This document shows positions 36,156-49,222 of a DNA stretch of 63,666 nucleotides, in pieces (the first letter of the stretch is position 1; every line of letters starts with the position of its first letter). A model generated the notes under the pieces. That model had not been told where the DNA came from, did not search any database, and worked only from the letters and a program-made list of their open reading frames with translations. This DNA comes from Octopus bimaculoides (Eukaryota), in the NCBI RefSeq assembly GCF_001194135.2, contig NC_068997.1, forward strand, positions 50,457,484 to 50,521,149, read 5' to 3'. The translations under genes were made by a program, and so were the position numbers.

Positions 36156-37103
36156 CATTCTAGTGATGACCAACCTGCAATAGTTACACGGATGGAATCT
36201 CTAAAACTATCATATCAAATATCTATTTCCTTGCTTTTTCAAGGCATAGTGTACCCTAGACTACATTAGCCATTGTGACCTTTATATGTTAGTAGAGTCA
36301 ATAATGATGATGATGATCATCATCGTTATTTACAACCATCATGTGATGGCAAGATGAGAAAGCACAAACACACACTAATATACACTCACTCTTATCAACA
36401 CACACACACACGATGCTATTTTAGTATCCTGATACCTGCACCCATCAACTCATCATCTACACACACATATATACATATGTGTTCAGGGACACACACATAT
36501 ATATATATATATATGTGATAATTCCATAATATTAAGGAACAGATTATAAAAAAATGTTAGTGCAACTGTTTCTGGTCAAGGGTATGATAAAAGCCCCTAG
36601 TTACAGGACTATTTCAAGATCAGTTATTTCAGTTGAAGGGTCACCCAGGTATTGAAGAATGAACTTAGTCAGAATGTGATCAGAGGCGGCAAAATAAAAA
36701 TACACCTGCTATTTCCATCAGGTACAAGAGGAAATAGGAAACCCAGAGCATAAACAAAGAGAGGAAAACATATGGTGGATTGTTTTAGAGGCGCGTATTG
36801 TAAACATTGTTCAGAGTTTATTGTCTTTTGTTTGCTGGTGTATTTAGTTTCAATATTTATAGAGATCCTAATTGGTAGAGCTGGTAGAATTAGTAGCATG
36901 CTGAACAAAATGCACAGTGACATTTCATCCGTCTTTATGAACTGGGTTCAAATACCAAGTTCAGCTTTATCCTTCATCCTTTTTTTTTTTTGGTGGGCGG
37001 TGGGTGGGGTCGATAAAATAAGAATCAGTTGAACGTTGGAGACAGTGTAATTGACTTACCCTCTCTCTCGAAATTGCTGGCCTTGTGCCAAAATTTGAGT
37101 GTT

Positions 37104-37243
37104 CGGCCTCACAGAGGCAAGGTGGCTGAGTTCCTTTTGAATGGGCCTCATAGAGACGAGGTGACTGAGTTCCTTTCGAGCTGTGGGCCTCATGGAGGCA
37201 AGTGGCCAAGCTCCTTTCGAGTGTTGGGCCTCATGGAGGCAAT
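37104..37243. repeat. ~40-bp minisatellite (about 3.5 units)
   Basis: Recurring gggcctcatggaggcaaggtggctgagttcctttcgag. Confidence 0.8.
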
Positions 37244-37745
37244 AACCAAGACCTGTGGCATTATATCGTGCTTGAGAAGACCCATCAAGCCAAGCAAAAT
37301 TGCAGTCGTGGAAAATACCAGTGCCATGCTAATGGCACCCATAAGCACCCATTACATCATGTTAAGTGGTTGGCATTAGGAAGGGCATCCAGCTGTAGAG
37401 ACCATGCCAAAGCAGACACAGAATCTGACAGAAACCTCTGGCTTGCCCAACACATCTGAGACCATCTCTACTCTGTCGACATGGTTCAGAGACAAGCCAA
37501 GATATCTAGTGCCAATGTGGATCATAGGTTCAGGAATGTGAGAGTGCCAGGATTTCAAGTGTAAGCAAAAGATCCCCAAAATGTCCAATGCCATTTCCTG
37601 CATATCTGAATATCTGGTTTTTATATCAGTAGACCTTCTCCAAGAGACATGCTAGCTACCTCTCTCTCTCTCTCTCTCTCTGTCAATATATATATATATA
37701 TATATACAGAGAGAGAGAGAGAGATACACACACAAACCCACACAT

Positions 37746-37791
<46 letters not shown>

Positions 37792-37993
37792 ACACACACA
37801 CACACACACACATGTTTGTTTCCTGTGTCTCTTTTAATCATAAGATAGTGAAGTGTCTAGAATACTGCCTCAGTCTTTGATCANNNNNNNNNNGTGTCTA
37901 GAATACTGCCTCAGTCTTTGATCACCTGATGTCTGATTGAGTCAGAGTGACTGTTGTGAATAATCCATAATGGCATCTTTCACTACAAACACA

Positions 37994-38043
<50 letters not shown>

Positions 38044-38925
38044 GTGTGTGTGTATGTGTGTGCGTGTGTGTGTGTATGTGTGTAGTTGTCATGTAGTAAT
38101 TTTGGGTGCAGTGTGTGCAATCTGGCAAACACACACACTGCAGTGACTCATAGAACCAACACACGAGACATGTCAACCTACAATACTGAGGTCAAGGACT
38201 GCATCACATTTTGCAATTTCAAGTGTTGTTGTTGCTGTTGCTGAGGTCATACCATTTCTGACAAAGCAGACCTGAGATCAAAGATGCTCTACACATGACC
38301 ATCCTGTCTTTTACTAAGACAAAAGGAGATTGTCACTAGTGATTTCATGGTGTCTTGTCGATGCTGCAGTGGTCACTGGTTGACCTAATGAATGAAAAAA
38401 ATGCTTCCTGGGCTGCATGAAGTGGCAACTGAATAAACCCCTCAAACAGTTAACAGAAGAATGTATTGTCATACATTAAAACAATCCATGTTGGTCATTT
38501 ACAGTTGGCAACAGCAACATGTGGTTTGCCGAACACATCTGAAAACAACTGAGCTATCTTCAATGGTGACAGAGGTTCTTGGTCATCTATCTGTGTTTAT
38601 TTCAGATATTCTCATTTTAAAATTCATCTCTGGCTAATCGTTGGGAGGACATTGGTGTTGCCTTGGCAAAGGCTCGCGTTCTCTGAGTGCTCTTGTTTAT
38701 CATGCTTTAAGGCAGTAAGCTGGCAAACTCGATACCGCACTGGGCAAAATGCTTAATGGTATTTCATCTGTCTTTATGTTCTAAGCTCAAATTTTACCAA
38801 GGTCGACTTCACCTTTTATCCTTTCAGGGTCAATAAATTAAGTACCAGTGACACAATAGGGTCCAAGTAATCAACTAGTTCCCTCCCCAAAAATTTCAAA
38901 CCTTGTGCTTTTAGTAGAAAGGATT

Positions 38926-39661
38926 ACTTCTGCTGGCGACAAAGGGACTCTCACTCAGGGTAAAAGGCAGACTGTATGACGCATGTGTACGAACAGCCAT
39001 GCTACATGGCAGTGAAACATGGGCTGTGACTGCTGAGGACATGCGTAAGCTCGCAAGGAATGAAGCCAGTATGCTCCGCTGGATGTGTAATGTAAATGTG
39101 CATACCCGTCAGAGTGTAAGTATCTTGAGAGAAAAGCTGAACATAAGAAGCGTCAGTAGTGGTGTGCAAGAGAGACGATTGCGCTGGTTTGGACATGTGG
39201 TGAGAATGAATGANNNNNNNNNNNNNNNNNNNNNNNNNNNNNNNNNNNNNNNNNNNNNNNNNNNNNNNNNNNNNNNNNNNNNNNNNNNNNNNNNNNNNNN
39301 NNNNNNNNNNNNNNNNNNNNNNNNNNNNNNNNNNNNNNNNNNNNNNNNNNTGGAAATGTGCTGTGCGTGAGAAGACCCGGCAAGCCAAGTGAGATCGTTG
39401 CCAGTGCCCCTGGACTGGCTCTTGTGCGGGTGGCACATAAAAGACACCATTTCGAGCGTGGCCGTTTTCGTGCGGGTGACACGTAAAAGCACCCACTACA
39501 CTCTGAGTGGTTGGCGTTAGGAAGGGCATCCAGCTGTAGAAACTCTGCCAAATTAGATTGGAGCCTGGTGTAGCCATCTGGTTGCACCAGTCCTCAGTCA
39601 AATCGTCCAACCCATGCTAGCATGGAAAGCGGACGTTAAACGATGATGATGATGATGATGA
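38926..39661 (+). mobile_element. RTE-clade LINE 3' fragment (ORF2 C-terminus, 3' UTR and (GAT)n tail), with an internal N-gap
   Basis: Reads LLATKGLSLRVKGRLYDACVRTAMLHGSETWAVTAEDMRKLARNEASMLRWMC...RRLRWFGHVVRM, typical of the RTE post-RT region; ends in (gat)n. Confidence 0.9.
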
Positions 39662-39959
39662 TTAATATTATGATGATAATGTTTTGATTGGCACACACTG
39701 TATCTGTATCATAAATTACTGTCATGCTGACAGGTTTTATTGGTCAGTTCATTGGTGGCTTTGTTTCCATTGGTCAGCTGTATCCGTTACTCTAAACTGT
39801 TTTCCAGCTGGCATCAGTTCATTGGTTGTTTTGTTCACCATTGGTCAATTCCTTATTTTGTTCGACCTATCTGGTGTCGCTAACCAATGTTATTCTGCTA
39901 CTGTACATTTTTTTACAATGAGTTTGATCTACTGGCATTTTACCAGCTCATAATGTATC

Positions 39960-40520
39960 CTGTTTCTTCAAATTGTAATTGATTGTTTTCATGTCCCTCC
40001 TCCTCCTCCTTCTTCTTCAACCAGCTACAACCAAGAGGCATCTCACAATACTGTGTCAGGAATATCTGAATAACTGTCTACCCATTAGCATTGGTAGATC
40101 CTCAATTCCTTGTCTCGTATGTCTCTGACAATAACATCAATTAGTTTAGTGGTCTTTATTCCCTGATACAATCTCCAGAATACAATATCTGACACCCCCT
40201 GTTGTTCAGTATGATAGCATTGACCAGCAAAGCCTACCCTTCATTTACCAACAGTAATAAAGATGGGTAAAATGTATCCATAAATCTTTGCCTTGACATT
40301 TTGCTCACACTGGGAGATGTTTCGAGCCCCCTTTGTGATGAGCCTGGCTTACATATCACCAAGGCAATCTTGAAACTCCTTCTTCATAATTTGAGTTTCG
40401 GCTGCATAGAGAAGAATGCTCTCTACATGTTCTATCTGATGTCACAAAATGTCCTGTTCCTCCTTCCGTTGATTGTTATTATAGAGAGCGAATATAGCAT
40501 TTTCTAAGAGTTCCTAAATT
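39960..40520 (-). mobile_element. Old LINE (RTE-like) remnant
   Basis: Minus frame ESILLYAAET resembles the RTE 'ESILLYGSETW' motif; heavily degraded. Confidence 0.45.
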
Positions 40521-41781
40521 GGTTTAAAAGAACAAGGTCTCAGATCAAACAAGTGTAACCCCCATATATCATCATCATCATCATCATCATCATCACCACT
40601 ACCTCCTTCTGTCGGTTGTTGTTATATTTCTCTAAACTATATGTAACTACCTCCTGATGTTACTAAATACTATTATCATTGCATTTTCTTTCCCACTGAT
40701 TGATCTATTGGTTATTTTATCAGTTCAATGTTGTATCTGATTTGTGTGTCTTATCAGAAATTTATCCTGTTTTTAATTCAAACCAGTTGTCATTGTTGTC
40801 ATTGTCTCAGTCTCGGGGGCTTTTAGTGTTGTGAATTACAAGGCAACCTTACTAGTGCTGGTACCACAGACACAAAGCACTCAGTACACTCTGCCTAGTA
40901 GTTGGTGTTTGGAAGGGCACCCAGCTGTTGAAACCATGCCAAAAGCACACTTCTAACTCATTGGATCCTATAGAAACATCTAACACATGCCAGCAGGGAT
41001 GATAGATATGAAATGATTTTATGTCCACCTACCAAACTGGCATGGGTTGGACAGATTGTCATGATCTCAATCAGTTCTTATTTGGAATTGCTACCCTCCT
41101 AGATGAGTCAGATGACCACATATCCATCTTATGTCTCATTTTTGGCACTATTTCTTCAATGAGATGCATGTTATCATAGCACCAGCACTAGATGGGGTCA
41201 TGTTCTCGGCAAGATTAAAGATTGATCACAGAGAGAGAAGCAGAGCATGATGGGAGAAAGAGACAGATATGCAGCTAAATATGGGTTGCTGGTAAGGATT
41301 CTGAATAGAAAAACCATATAAAGAGTGAGATGGGGGATAAAGGGGTTATAGGAAGGGATAGGGTCATAGATGTAAGGAAAGTGATGCTGTATTAGTAAAG
41401 GTGTATCATACTAAATATTGACCAGGGAAACATTGCTATTTGTATTTTGGTAAACTGTTTGCAGCTTCTCAGTTTGTTTCATCATAAAATGGATTTCTTG
41501 TTTTGTATCTACCTCACCAATTGCAATATAAAACTTTATTTTTATCAGTATTTTCAAGACTGGATATACATGTTGATGCAAAAACATATCAGGCAATGAA
41601 CCAGTAATTCATTGGATATCACTGTCCCTAATGAGGCTATTTTCACCTCTAAATGAAAGTATGTATATATATATAAGGATGCGTTATAATACTGTTCCAC
41701 ATATACAAGAACAGCCATACCAACAATTCAACATACATCCATCATCAGCTGCCCCACGGATATCATTACGATTTGTATGTA

Positions 41782-41832
<51 letters not shown>

Positions 41833-42713
41833 NNNNNNNNNNNNNNNNNNNNNNNNNNNNNNNNNNNNNNNNNNNNNNNNNNNNNNNNNNNNNNNNNNNN
41901 NNNNNNNNNNNNNNNNNNNNNNNNNNNNNNNNNNNNNNNNNNNNNNNNNNNNNNNNNNNNNNNNNNNNNNNNNNNNNNNNNNNNNNNNNNNNNNNNNNNN
42001 NNNNNNNNNNNNNNNNNNNNNNNNNNNNNNNNNNNNNNNNNNNNNNNNNNNNNNNNNNNNNNNNNNNNNNNNNNNNNNNNNNNNNNNNNNNNNNNNNNNN
42101 NNNNNNNNNNNNNNNNNNNNNNNNNNNNNNNNNNNNNNNNNNNNNNNNNNNNNNNNNNNNNNNNNNNNNNNNNNNNNNNNNNNNNNNNNNNNNNNNNNNN
42201 NNNNNNNNNNNNNNNNNNNNNNNNNNNNNNNNNNNNNNNNNNNNNNNNNNNNNNAATATATGTGTGTGTGTGTGTGCGTGCGTGCATGTATTTATAGGAC
42301 TATATATACATATATAATTATATATACATACATGATTACACAAATACACACACACACACACACACAGAAACAGAGAGATGTGTGTATACACAACAAACCA
42401 TCATGCAGAATCTTTTAGAAAGAAAACAGAAAAAGATAATGAATGTGTGATGGTATATTAGGGAGCTGGTGGCAGCAACAGTGGTAGTAGTGGTGGTGGT
42501 GGGTGTGGTGGTTGTGGGTGTGGTGGTTGTGAGGGTGGTGGTGGCAGTGGTGATGTTGGTGGCAATGGTGGTTGTAATTGACACACCCATAAGCAATATT
42601 AACAAAACATCTCCAATTACCTCTCGAACAGATAGCAGGAACTGACCTGCCTACATTATTGTTACCATTATAACGATAATCAGGTTATTAGCTAGAAGGA
42701 ATGCTTTCTTCAG

Positions 42714-42749
<36 letters not shown>

Positions 42750-43016
42750 AATGTGCACGTATATGGTTACATAAAAACATATGCACAGCTAACATACACA
42801 TGGCCACGAAGACACTAATACAAACATATACAGTTAGACAGCTACATAGACAATTACACATATGCACGCATACAACCATATATACAACCCCCCCCACACA
42901 CACACACACATACACAGATCTGCACATATATACATACACATACACACATTTATATTGATTGACAGCTTTGTTCCAGCTACTTGTTGCCTCTGAGATTTCT
43001 ATTTGGGGGGAAGAAA

Positions 43017-43480
43017 AAAGAAATCTAATTCACTCCTAAGGAGGACACAAGAAGAAGAAGGAGGAGAAAGAGAAGGAGGAGAAGAAGAAGAAGAATTGGA
43101 AGAAGAAGAAGAAGAAGAAGGAAGAAGAAGAAGAAGAAGAAGGAAGAAGAAGGAAGAAGAAGAAGGAAGAAGATCTAATTCACTCCTAAGGAGGACACAG
43201 CAAGAAGAAAAGAAGGAGGAGGAAGAGGAGGTGGAGGAGAAGAAGAAATCTAATTCACTCCTAAGGAGGACACAGGAGGAGGAGGAGAAGAAGAAGGAGG
43301 AGGAGGAGGAGAAGAAGAAGAAGGAGAAGCAGAAATCTAATTCACTTCTAAGGAGGACAAGAGAAGAAGAAAAAGAAGGAGGAGGAGGAGAAGGAAAAGA
43401 AGGAGGAGGAGAAGAAGAAGAAGAAGAAGAAGAAGAAGAAGAAGAAGAAGAAGAAGAGCAACAACAACAACAACAATAAT
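43017..43480. repeat. Compound GAA/GAG purine tract with four 28-bp anchors
   Basis: aaatctaattcactcctaaggaggacac at about 43021, 43171, 43247 and 43334, separated by trinucleotide runs. Confidence 0.9.
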
Positions 43481-43960
43481 ACCAGCAATGATTTCATTTC
43501 AAAGTAACAGAGATGTTATGGAACAGAATGAAGAATGGAGAAAAAGGATAGAAGAAGAGCAAGGAAGAATGAAATGCAGGAAAGAATGAGAGCAGAGAAG
43601 GAGAACAAAGAAGGAAAGTGAAGAAGGAGAATAAGAAGAAGAAGAACAGAAACAAAATCAAACCATTTGTAAGAACTGGCTTAAGAAATGAAGATGGTAG
43701 CATCATATGTGCAACGTGTGTAGGCGTAAGTGTGCACACACATTCATTCGTACATATACACATATACATACATGTAGTATAGAAATCAATGAATAAAAAC
43801 TAATTACTATATATGAAATTTAATAATACAGAAAACATTAAAGAAGACTGGTGCCAGATGTGTGTGTGTGTGTGTGCGTGCGTGTGTGTTTTCACTCATT
43901 GTCTTTCTTTCACTATGATACGTGTGAATGTATGTATGTGCATTTCTCCCCATCTATGTG

Positions 43961-44010
<50 letters not shown>

Positions 44011-45110
44011 TGTGTTGAGTATGTGTCTTGTGGCCTTGTTGGTTTGTGTGTGTGTGTGACAATAATTTCTTGTGTCCAGGTATGGTGGAAAGTAGCAGTT
44101 ACTAACAAGACGAAGACAGAATGGTGGACACACAGACAGACATACATAGCTTTATGCGTACACATCTACATACATAGATACATGCAATGACACGCACCTA
44201 TTTACATATATGAACGATTACATCATGGAAGAATCCTACAAGCCGAGCAAAAACACGCAAAAACTGTTCAATTCACTTTTCGTTCATTTATTAATCATAC
44301 TTTCTTCTATGAAGTCTTGGAAAGTTTCATCGCACTTCGACAACCTGATCCCTTACACAGTTGACCACATGCCTGGCATGGAGTGAAAGTGTGTCGACAA
44401 TCAGGTTATAGACATCTGAGGAAACCTTTTGGCACTTCATGATAGACAGAAATCTTAAGACAAAGGTATAGAAAGTTATTGTAGCAGTTTCTAGGAGTTT
44501 AGCCCCTTAGCATCCAGATTATTCTGTCAAATGCAATGCATATTTATTCACACTTGTTTTAAATTAATCTTAGAGCCTTGAGATTTTTAAAATGACATTG
44601 TAGGATTGGTGTGAAAAGCCAGGCCTGGTTGCTTTAAACACTAAAGGTTTAAATGGTTACTTCATGGATGGAATTGCTTATGATGCTGGTGCCACATTAA
44701 AAGCATACAGTACACTCTGTAATATGTCAACAAGAGAGCCTCTGTGTAATAGGCCACTTCACTAAAAATAGCAGCCAAATGACCCTCAAATCACACTACC
44801 ATCTTGGTACTGTCTAAGAAAATAATAAGTTGGATACTGTGGTTGGTCCTGGTTTTTTTTGAATTATTAGCATTCAGGGGAAAACAGGATGGTCATGGGG
44901 GGAAAGCCTTTAATCGTTAAAACTGCTTAATCAGGACTGGGCTAAGCAACAACAGCAACAACAACATACATCTTCACTAACAAAGTCAACAATTCTTCAA
45001 ATTCTTGAATTCCCATTGCTTTTAAGGTAGTCCCCCCCCCCTGCAGGACCTGTCATAATGTTTATTGTGACTGAACAAAGTACAGTTGATCAAATACAAA
45101 GAATGAAGTA

Positions 45111-45424
45111 ACGATAAACGTCGCCCTTTCAAAGCCTAGCCAGGCTCATGGGCCCGGTTTCCCGGTTTCTATGGCGTATGTGTTCCCCCCAGCTGGACGG
45201 GATGCCAGTACATCGCAGCGTTACTCAAGAAACAGGAAGAAAAAGTGAGAGAAAGTTGGGGCGAAAGAGTACAACAGCGGTCGCCACCACCCCCTGCCGG
45301 AGCCTCGTGGAGCTTAGGTGTTTTCGCTCAATAAACACTCACAACGCCCGGTCTGGGAATCGAAACTGCGATCTTCCGACCGCGAGTCCACTGCTCTAAC
45401 CACTGGGCCATTGCGCCTCCACAG
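45111..45424 (-). mobile_element. SINE with family B head and a different tail
   Basis: 11-bp TSD agaatgaagta (45100-45110 and 45425-45435); 3' third differs from the other family B copies. Confidence 0.85.
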
Positions 45425-46253
45425 AGAATGAAGTACAGAGGACAAAACACAGGGGACAAAGTACAGAGGACCTAGCACAGTGGACAGAACCATGTGGTTG
45501 GGAAGCAAGCTTCTTACCACACTATAAAAATATAACAGGATTTCTTGAACATCAAATGGTTATTAGGGTCCTGTTGAGTAAAATAAAAACCAAAGGGGTC
45601 TATAGGTGAAATATGGTCGAGAAATACTATTGTAGAGGAATAGTGCATTATGCTGATAGCAATAGGGTCATGTAACTGGTTTAAGGAATTTTTCCACCCA
45701 CCACTCCCTGCAATGGAAAGTCCTGAAAAGGGTCAAGGGCACTGTATTTCGTTCCTGACTAAGCAGTAATAAAACGAAACTCTATTTGACTGAAGATCTT
45801 GTAATGATAATAAAGTTGGGTTTTTTTCTTTATGTGTATTATTATTATGTTTTGTAGTAGTTATATTTTTTTTGGTGGAGAATTTAATTGTATTTTATTT
45901 ATTTTTTGAAATTGACCTAGAATATCTCATAAACTGAGCAAACTAATATTGATTTGGGAGGAAAATAAAACATTTTGAATGTCAAATCAAATCTATTTCT
46001 GTTCGTTTATAATAATTTAAACAGAAAGATGTATTTTAGCATTTTAGATGTGTGTGTGTGTAAGTAGGAATATGTGAAAAGATGGGGATGTGTGTGCATG
46101 TAAGTGTATGAGAATGTATGTCTGTGAGAAGATGTATGTCTATGTGTGGTGAGGCATATATATGTCAGTGTTCATCATCATAATATGTATGTGTGTGTGT
46201 GTGCATGTGTGTGTTTTGGCACAGATATAGCTGTATGGTAAGAAGCTTGTTAC

Positions 46254-46480
46254 AGGCGGCGAGCTGGCAGAATCGTTTGCACGCAGGGCGAAATGCTTAG
46301 CGGTATTTTGTCTGCCGCTATGTTCTGAGTTCAAACACCGCCAAGGTCGACTTTGCCTTTCATCCTTTTGGGGTAGATTAAATAAGTACCAGTTACACAC
46401 TGGGGTCGATATAATCGACTTAATCCCTTTGTCTGTCCTTGTTTGTCCCCTCTATGTGTAGCCCCTTGTGGGCAGTAAAG
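46254..46480 (+). mobile_element. tRNA-derived SINE family C, nested in a family A head; others at about 12515-12665(-), 16150-16340(-), 28985-29115(+), 31215-31750(-, several partial copies), 36868-37100(+), 38718-38925(+), 58925-59137(-), 62455-62600(+)
   Basis: Head gagctggcagaatcg...gagttcaaa, central gtcgactttgcctttcatcct...aagtaccag box (resembles the MetaSINE-type core from memory); 14-bp TSD aagaagcttgttac. Confidence 0.85.
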
Positions 46481-46616
46481 AAGAAGCTTGTTACTCAGCC
46501 ACATGGTTCTGGGTTCAGTCCCACATAGTGGCATCTTGGGCAAGTGTCTTCTACGATGGCCCCAAACCAACCAAAACCTTGTGAATGAAGTTGGTTGACA
46601 GAAAGAAGCCTATTGT

Positions 46617-46659
<43 letters not shown>

Positions 46660-47799
46660 TCCTGCTACTGCTTCACAACTGGTGTTGGTGTGTTTATGTC
46701 CCTGTAACTTAGTGGTCTGGCAAAAGTGACTGATAGAATAAGTACAAGGATTTTTAAAAAATTAAGTACTGGAATTGATTTAATTGACTAAAAATTTTTC
46801 AAGGAAGTACTCCAGCATGGCCACATTCTAATGACTGAAACAAGTAAACGATAAAAGATAAACACAGACACAAAGATATACACACAAATATATATTTGTG
46901 TGTATGTCTTTGTGTCTGTGTTCGTTCACCGTTTCGTTTTCCTGCCTTGTTTTCCGTCCGTCACTATCCTCCACGAAAATGATTTAATTTGTGTTCGTAG
47001 GAAGAACCCTTTCAACGATGCGTACTGCCTTAATTCTTCGAAATGCCGGTGTTTTAATGGTGGCAGCTGATGAAGGAGATGTTTCTATGTGGCTTGCTTG
47101 TTTGTTGTACCTTGTTTATCATTTTGTCCATGTTCTTTTGCCACGTCATGTACCCAGTTATGTATCTATGTGTACATGTGGATGAAGGTATATACATACA
47201 TGTACATATATATGCATATACTCATATATTGTATATATATATATTANNNNNNNNNNNNNNNNNNNNNNNNNNNNNNNNNNNNNNNNNNNNNNNNNNNNNN
47301 NNNNNNNNNNNNNNNNNNNNNNNNNNNNNNNNNNNNNNNNNNNNNNNNNNNNNNNNNNNNNNNNNNNNNNNNNNNNNNNNNNNNNNNNNNNNNNNNNNNN
47401 NNNNNNNNNNNNNNNNNNNNNNNNNNNNNNNNNNNNNNNNNNNNNNNNNNNNNNNNNNNNNNNNNNNNNNNNNNNNNNNNNNNNNNNNNNNNNNNNNNNN
47501 NNNNNNNNNNNNNNNNNNNNNNNNNNNNNNNNNNNNNNNNNNNNNNNNNNNNNNNNNNNNNNNNNNNNNNNNNNNNNNNNNNNNNNNNNNNNNNNNNNNN
47601 NNNNNNNNNNNNNNNNNNNNNNNNNNNNNNNNNNNNNNNNNNNNNNNNNNNNNNNNNNNNNNNNNNNNNNNNNNNNNNNNNNNNNNNNNNNNNNNNNNNN
47701 NNNNNNNNNNNNNNNNNNCTGGCATCTCGTCAGTTATTAAGACAATCAAAAATGCTATCTGATATTGAGGTCTCATTCATTCTTTTGTTGTCATACCAT

Positions 47800-47836
<37 letters not shown>

Positions 47837-48932
47837 TATAACACTAACTTTAACTATGTTCTTCAAGACGATAGCAGCTCTAAATTATTCACTCTAAAAC
47901 AGTTTGCATAATTGCTTAACCGCGCACAGTTCCAATTACACTGAACAAGACCCAGATAGGTCAAAATAACCATTCTTATTCTCTTGTTGTCAAAGTGCCA
48001 TATGTTCCCTCTCTCTCCCCAGGGGACTTTACACTCACTCACACACACACGCACACATGCTATTAATAATTCAAAGGGCAAGATAACCAATTAACTATAA
48101 ATTAACTATTTTAATACGATGGTTGTTTAAAAACTTAAGGAATAATAAATAGGCCTGACATCAAGAGGTTTTAATAGACTGTGTGTGCCTAAGTGCTTTG
48201 CCTAATATTGACTAAACAGACACGAAACTGAAAACCTGTTATGAGCACCAAACAAAAAGTGTTAGATTATTCTGCCAGAGGAATTCTTCACTCATCTTAC
48301 TTACCGAATTATCCAAGATGAATAAAAGAAATATGACTAAAAATAGTTGTTTCTTCCATTAGTTCCCCCCACCCCCCGCTCCTCCTCTTCTTCGTCCTCC
48401 TCCTCTTCCTCCAAACTAGTATTACTAATGTATCACCTGATGGAAATGTAAGTTGTTGCTTGTATCTGTAGTAAGTTACTTTTTGTTGGTAGACTGCCAG
48501 TCACAACAAAGCCTCTACGTATGCACACATGAACACACATACATACAGGCATACTTATATGCAGATACATTTATACATGCATTCACACACATATGGACAT
48601 GCATGTACACACACACATGAATGCATGCATGCATACACACAAGCAAACAAACACAGGTACATACATAAATACATGAATGTAGAGAGGCACATACATACAT
48701 GCATGCAAACATACATTCATTAATACATACATAAGTATGCAGCCCTCTCTCACATGCAAATTCCTCATGATGCTCACATGCAGTCACATGTGCACAGGTA
48801 TGCATGAATAAACAGACACACATGTACAGTAATAGTTACACACACACTCTCAATCAATTTTATTTGACTGCTAATTAATTATTATTAGATGCTTGGAAAG
48901 CAGTTTAAAAGTGAGCTGTGCTATGTTACTTC

Positions 48933-49222
48933 AAGATGGGATAACAAGATGAAAGGAGGTATTGCCGTGAGATGGGCAAACAAACTGAGAGTGTTACCCC
49001 ATGAGGTCAGAGGTTGTTACCCCAAGATTGGATAACCAGATGTTAGGGTTTACCCCAATATGGACTAACTAGATGAGAGGGTATTACTCCAAGATGGGTG
49101 AACTTGACATGAGGGTTTGATTTCAAGATGGGATAACTAAGTGAAAGAGGGTTGCCTTGAGATGGGTAAACAAAATGAGAGAATGTCAATGCATGATGGG
49201 ATAACTAGACGTAAGGGTGTTC
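48933..49222. repeat. Degenerate ~32-bp minisatellite (about 9 units)
   Basis: Recurring aagatgggataactagatgagagggt..tacc. Confidence 0.75.

Noticed and set aside
37853-37924. 31-bp exact direct repeat
   Set aside because: It flanks a 10-N gap, the classic signature of unmerged overlapping contig ends.
43003-43479. 158-aa E/K/R-rich ORF as a nested gene
   Set aside because: Its openness is explained by GAA/GAG repeats; there is no splice, promoter or homology support.
45340-45424. tRNA genes at SINE heads (also about 19449, 27080, 34075, 55080, 58285)
   Set aside because: A and B boxes are present, but they continue into SINE bodies with TSDs and lack a complete acceptor stem.
47025-47090. 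Possible hammerhead ribozyme (CGAAA...CTGATGA)
   Set aside because: I could not build stem I or a properly paired stem II; at most a decayed retroelement end. An Infernal/Rfam scan would settle it.
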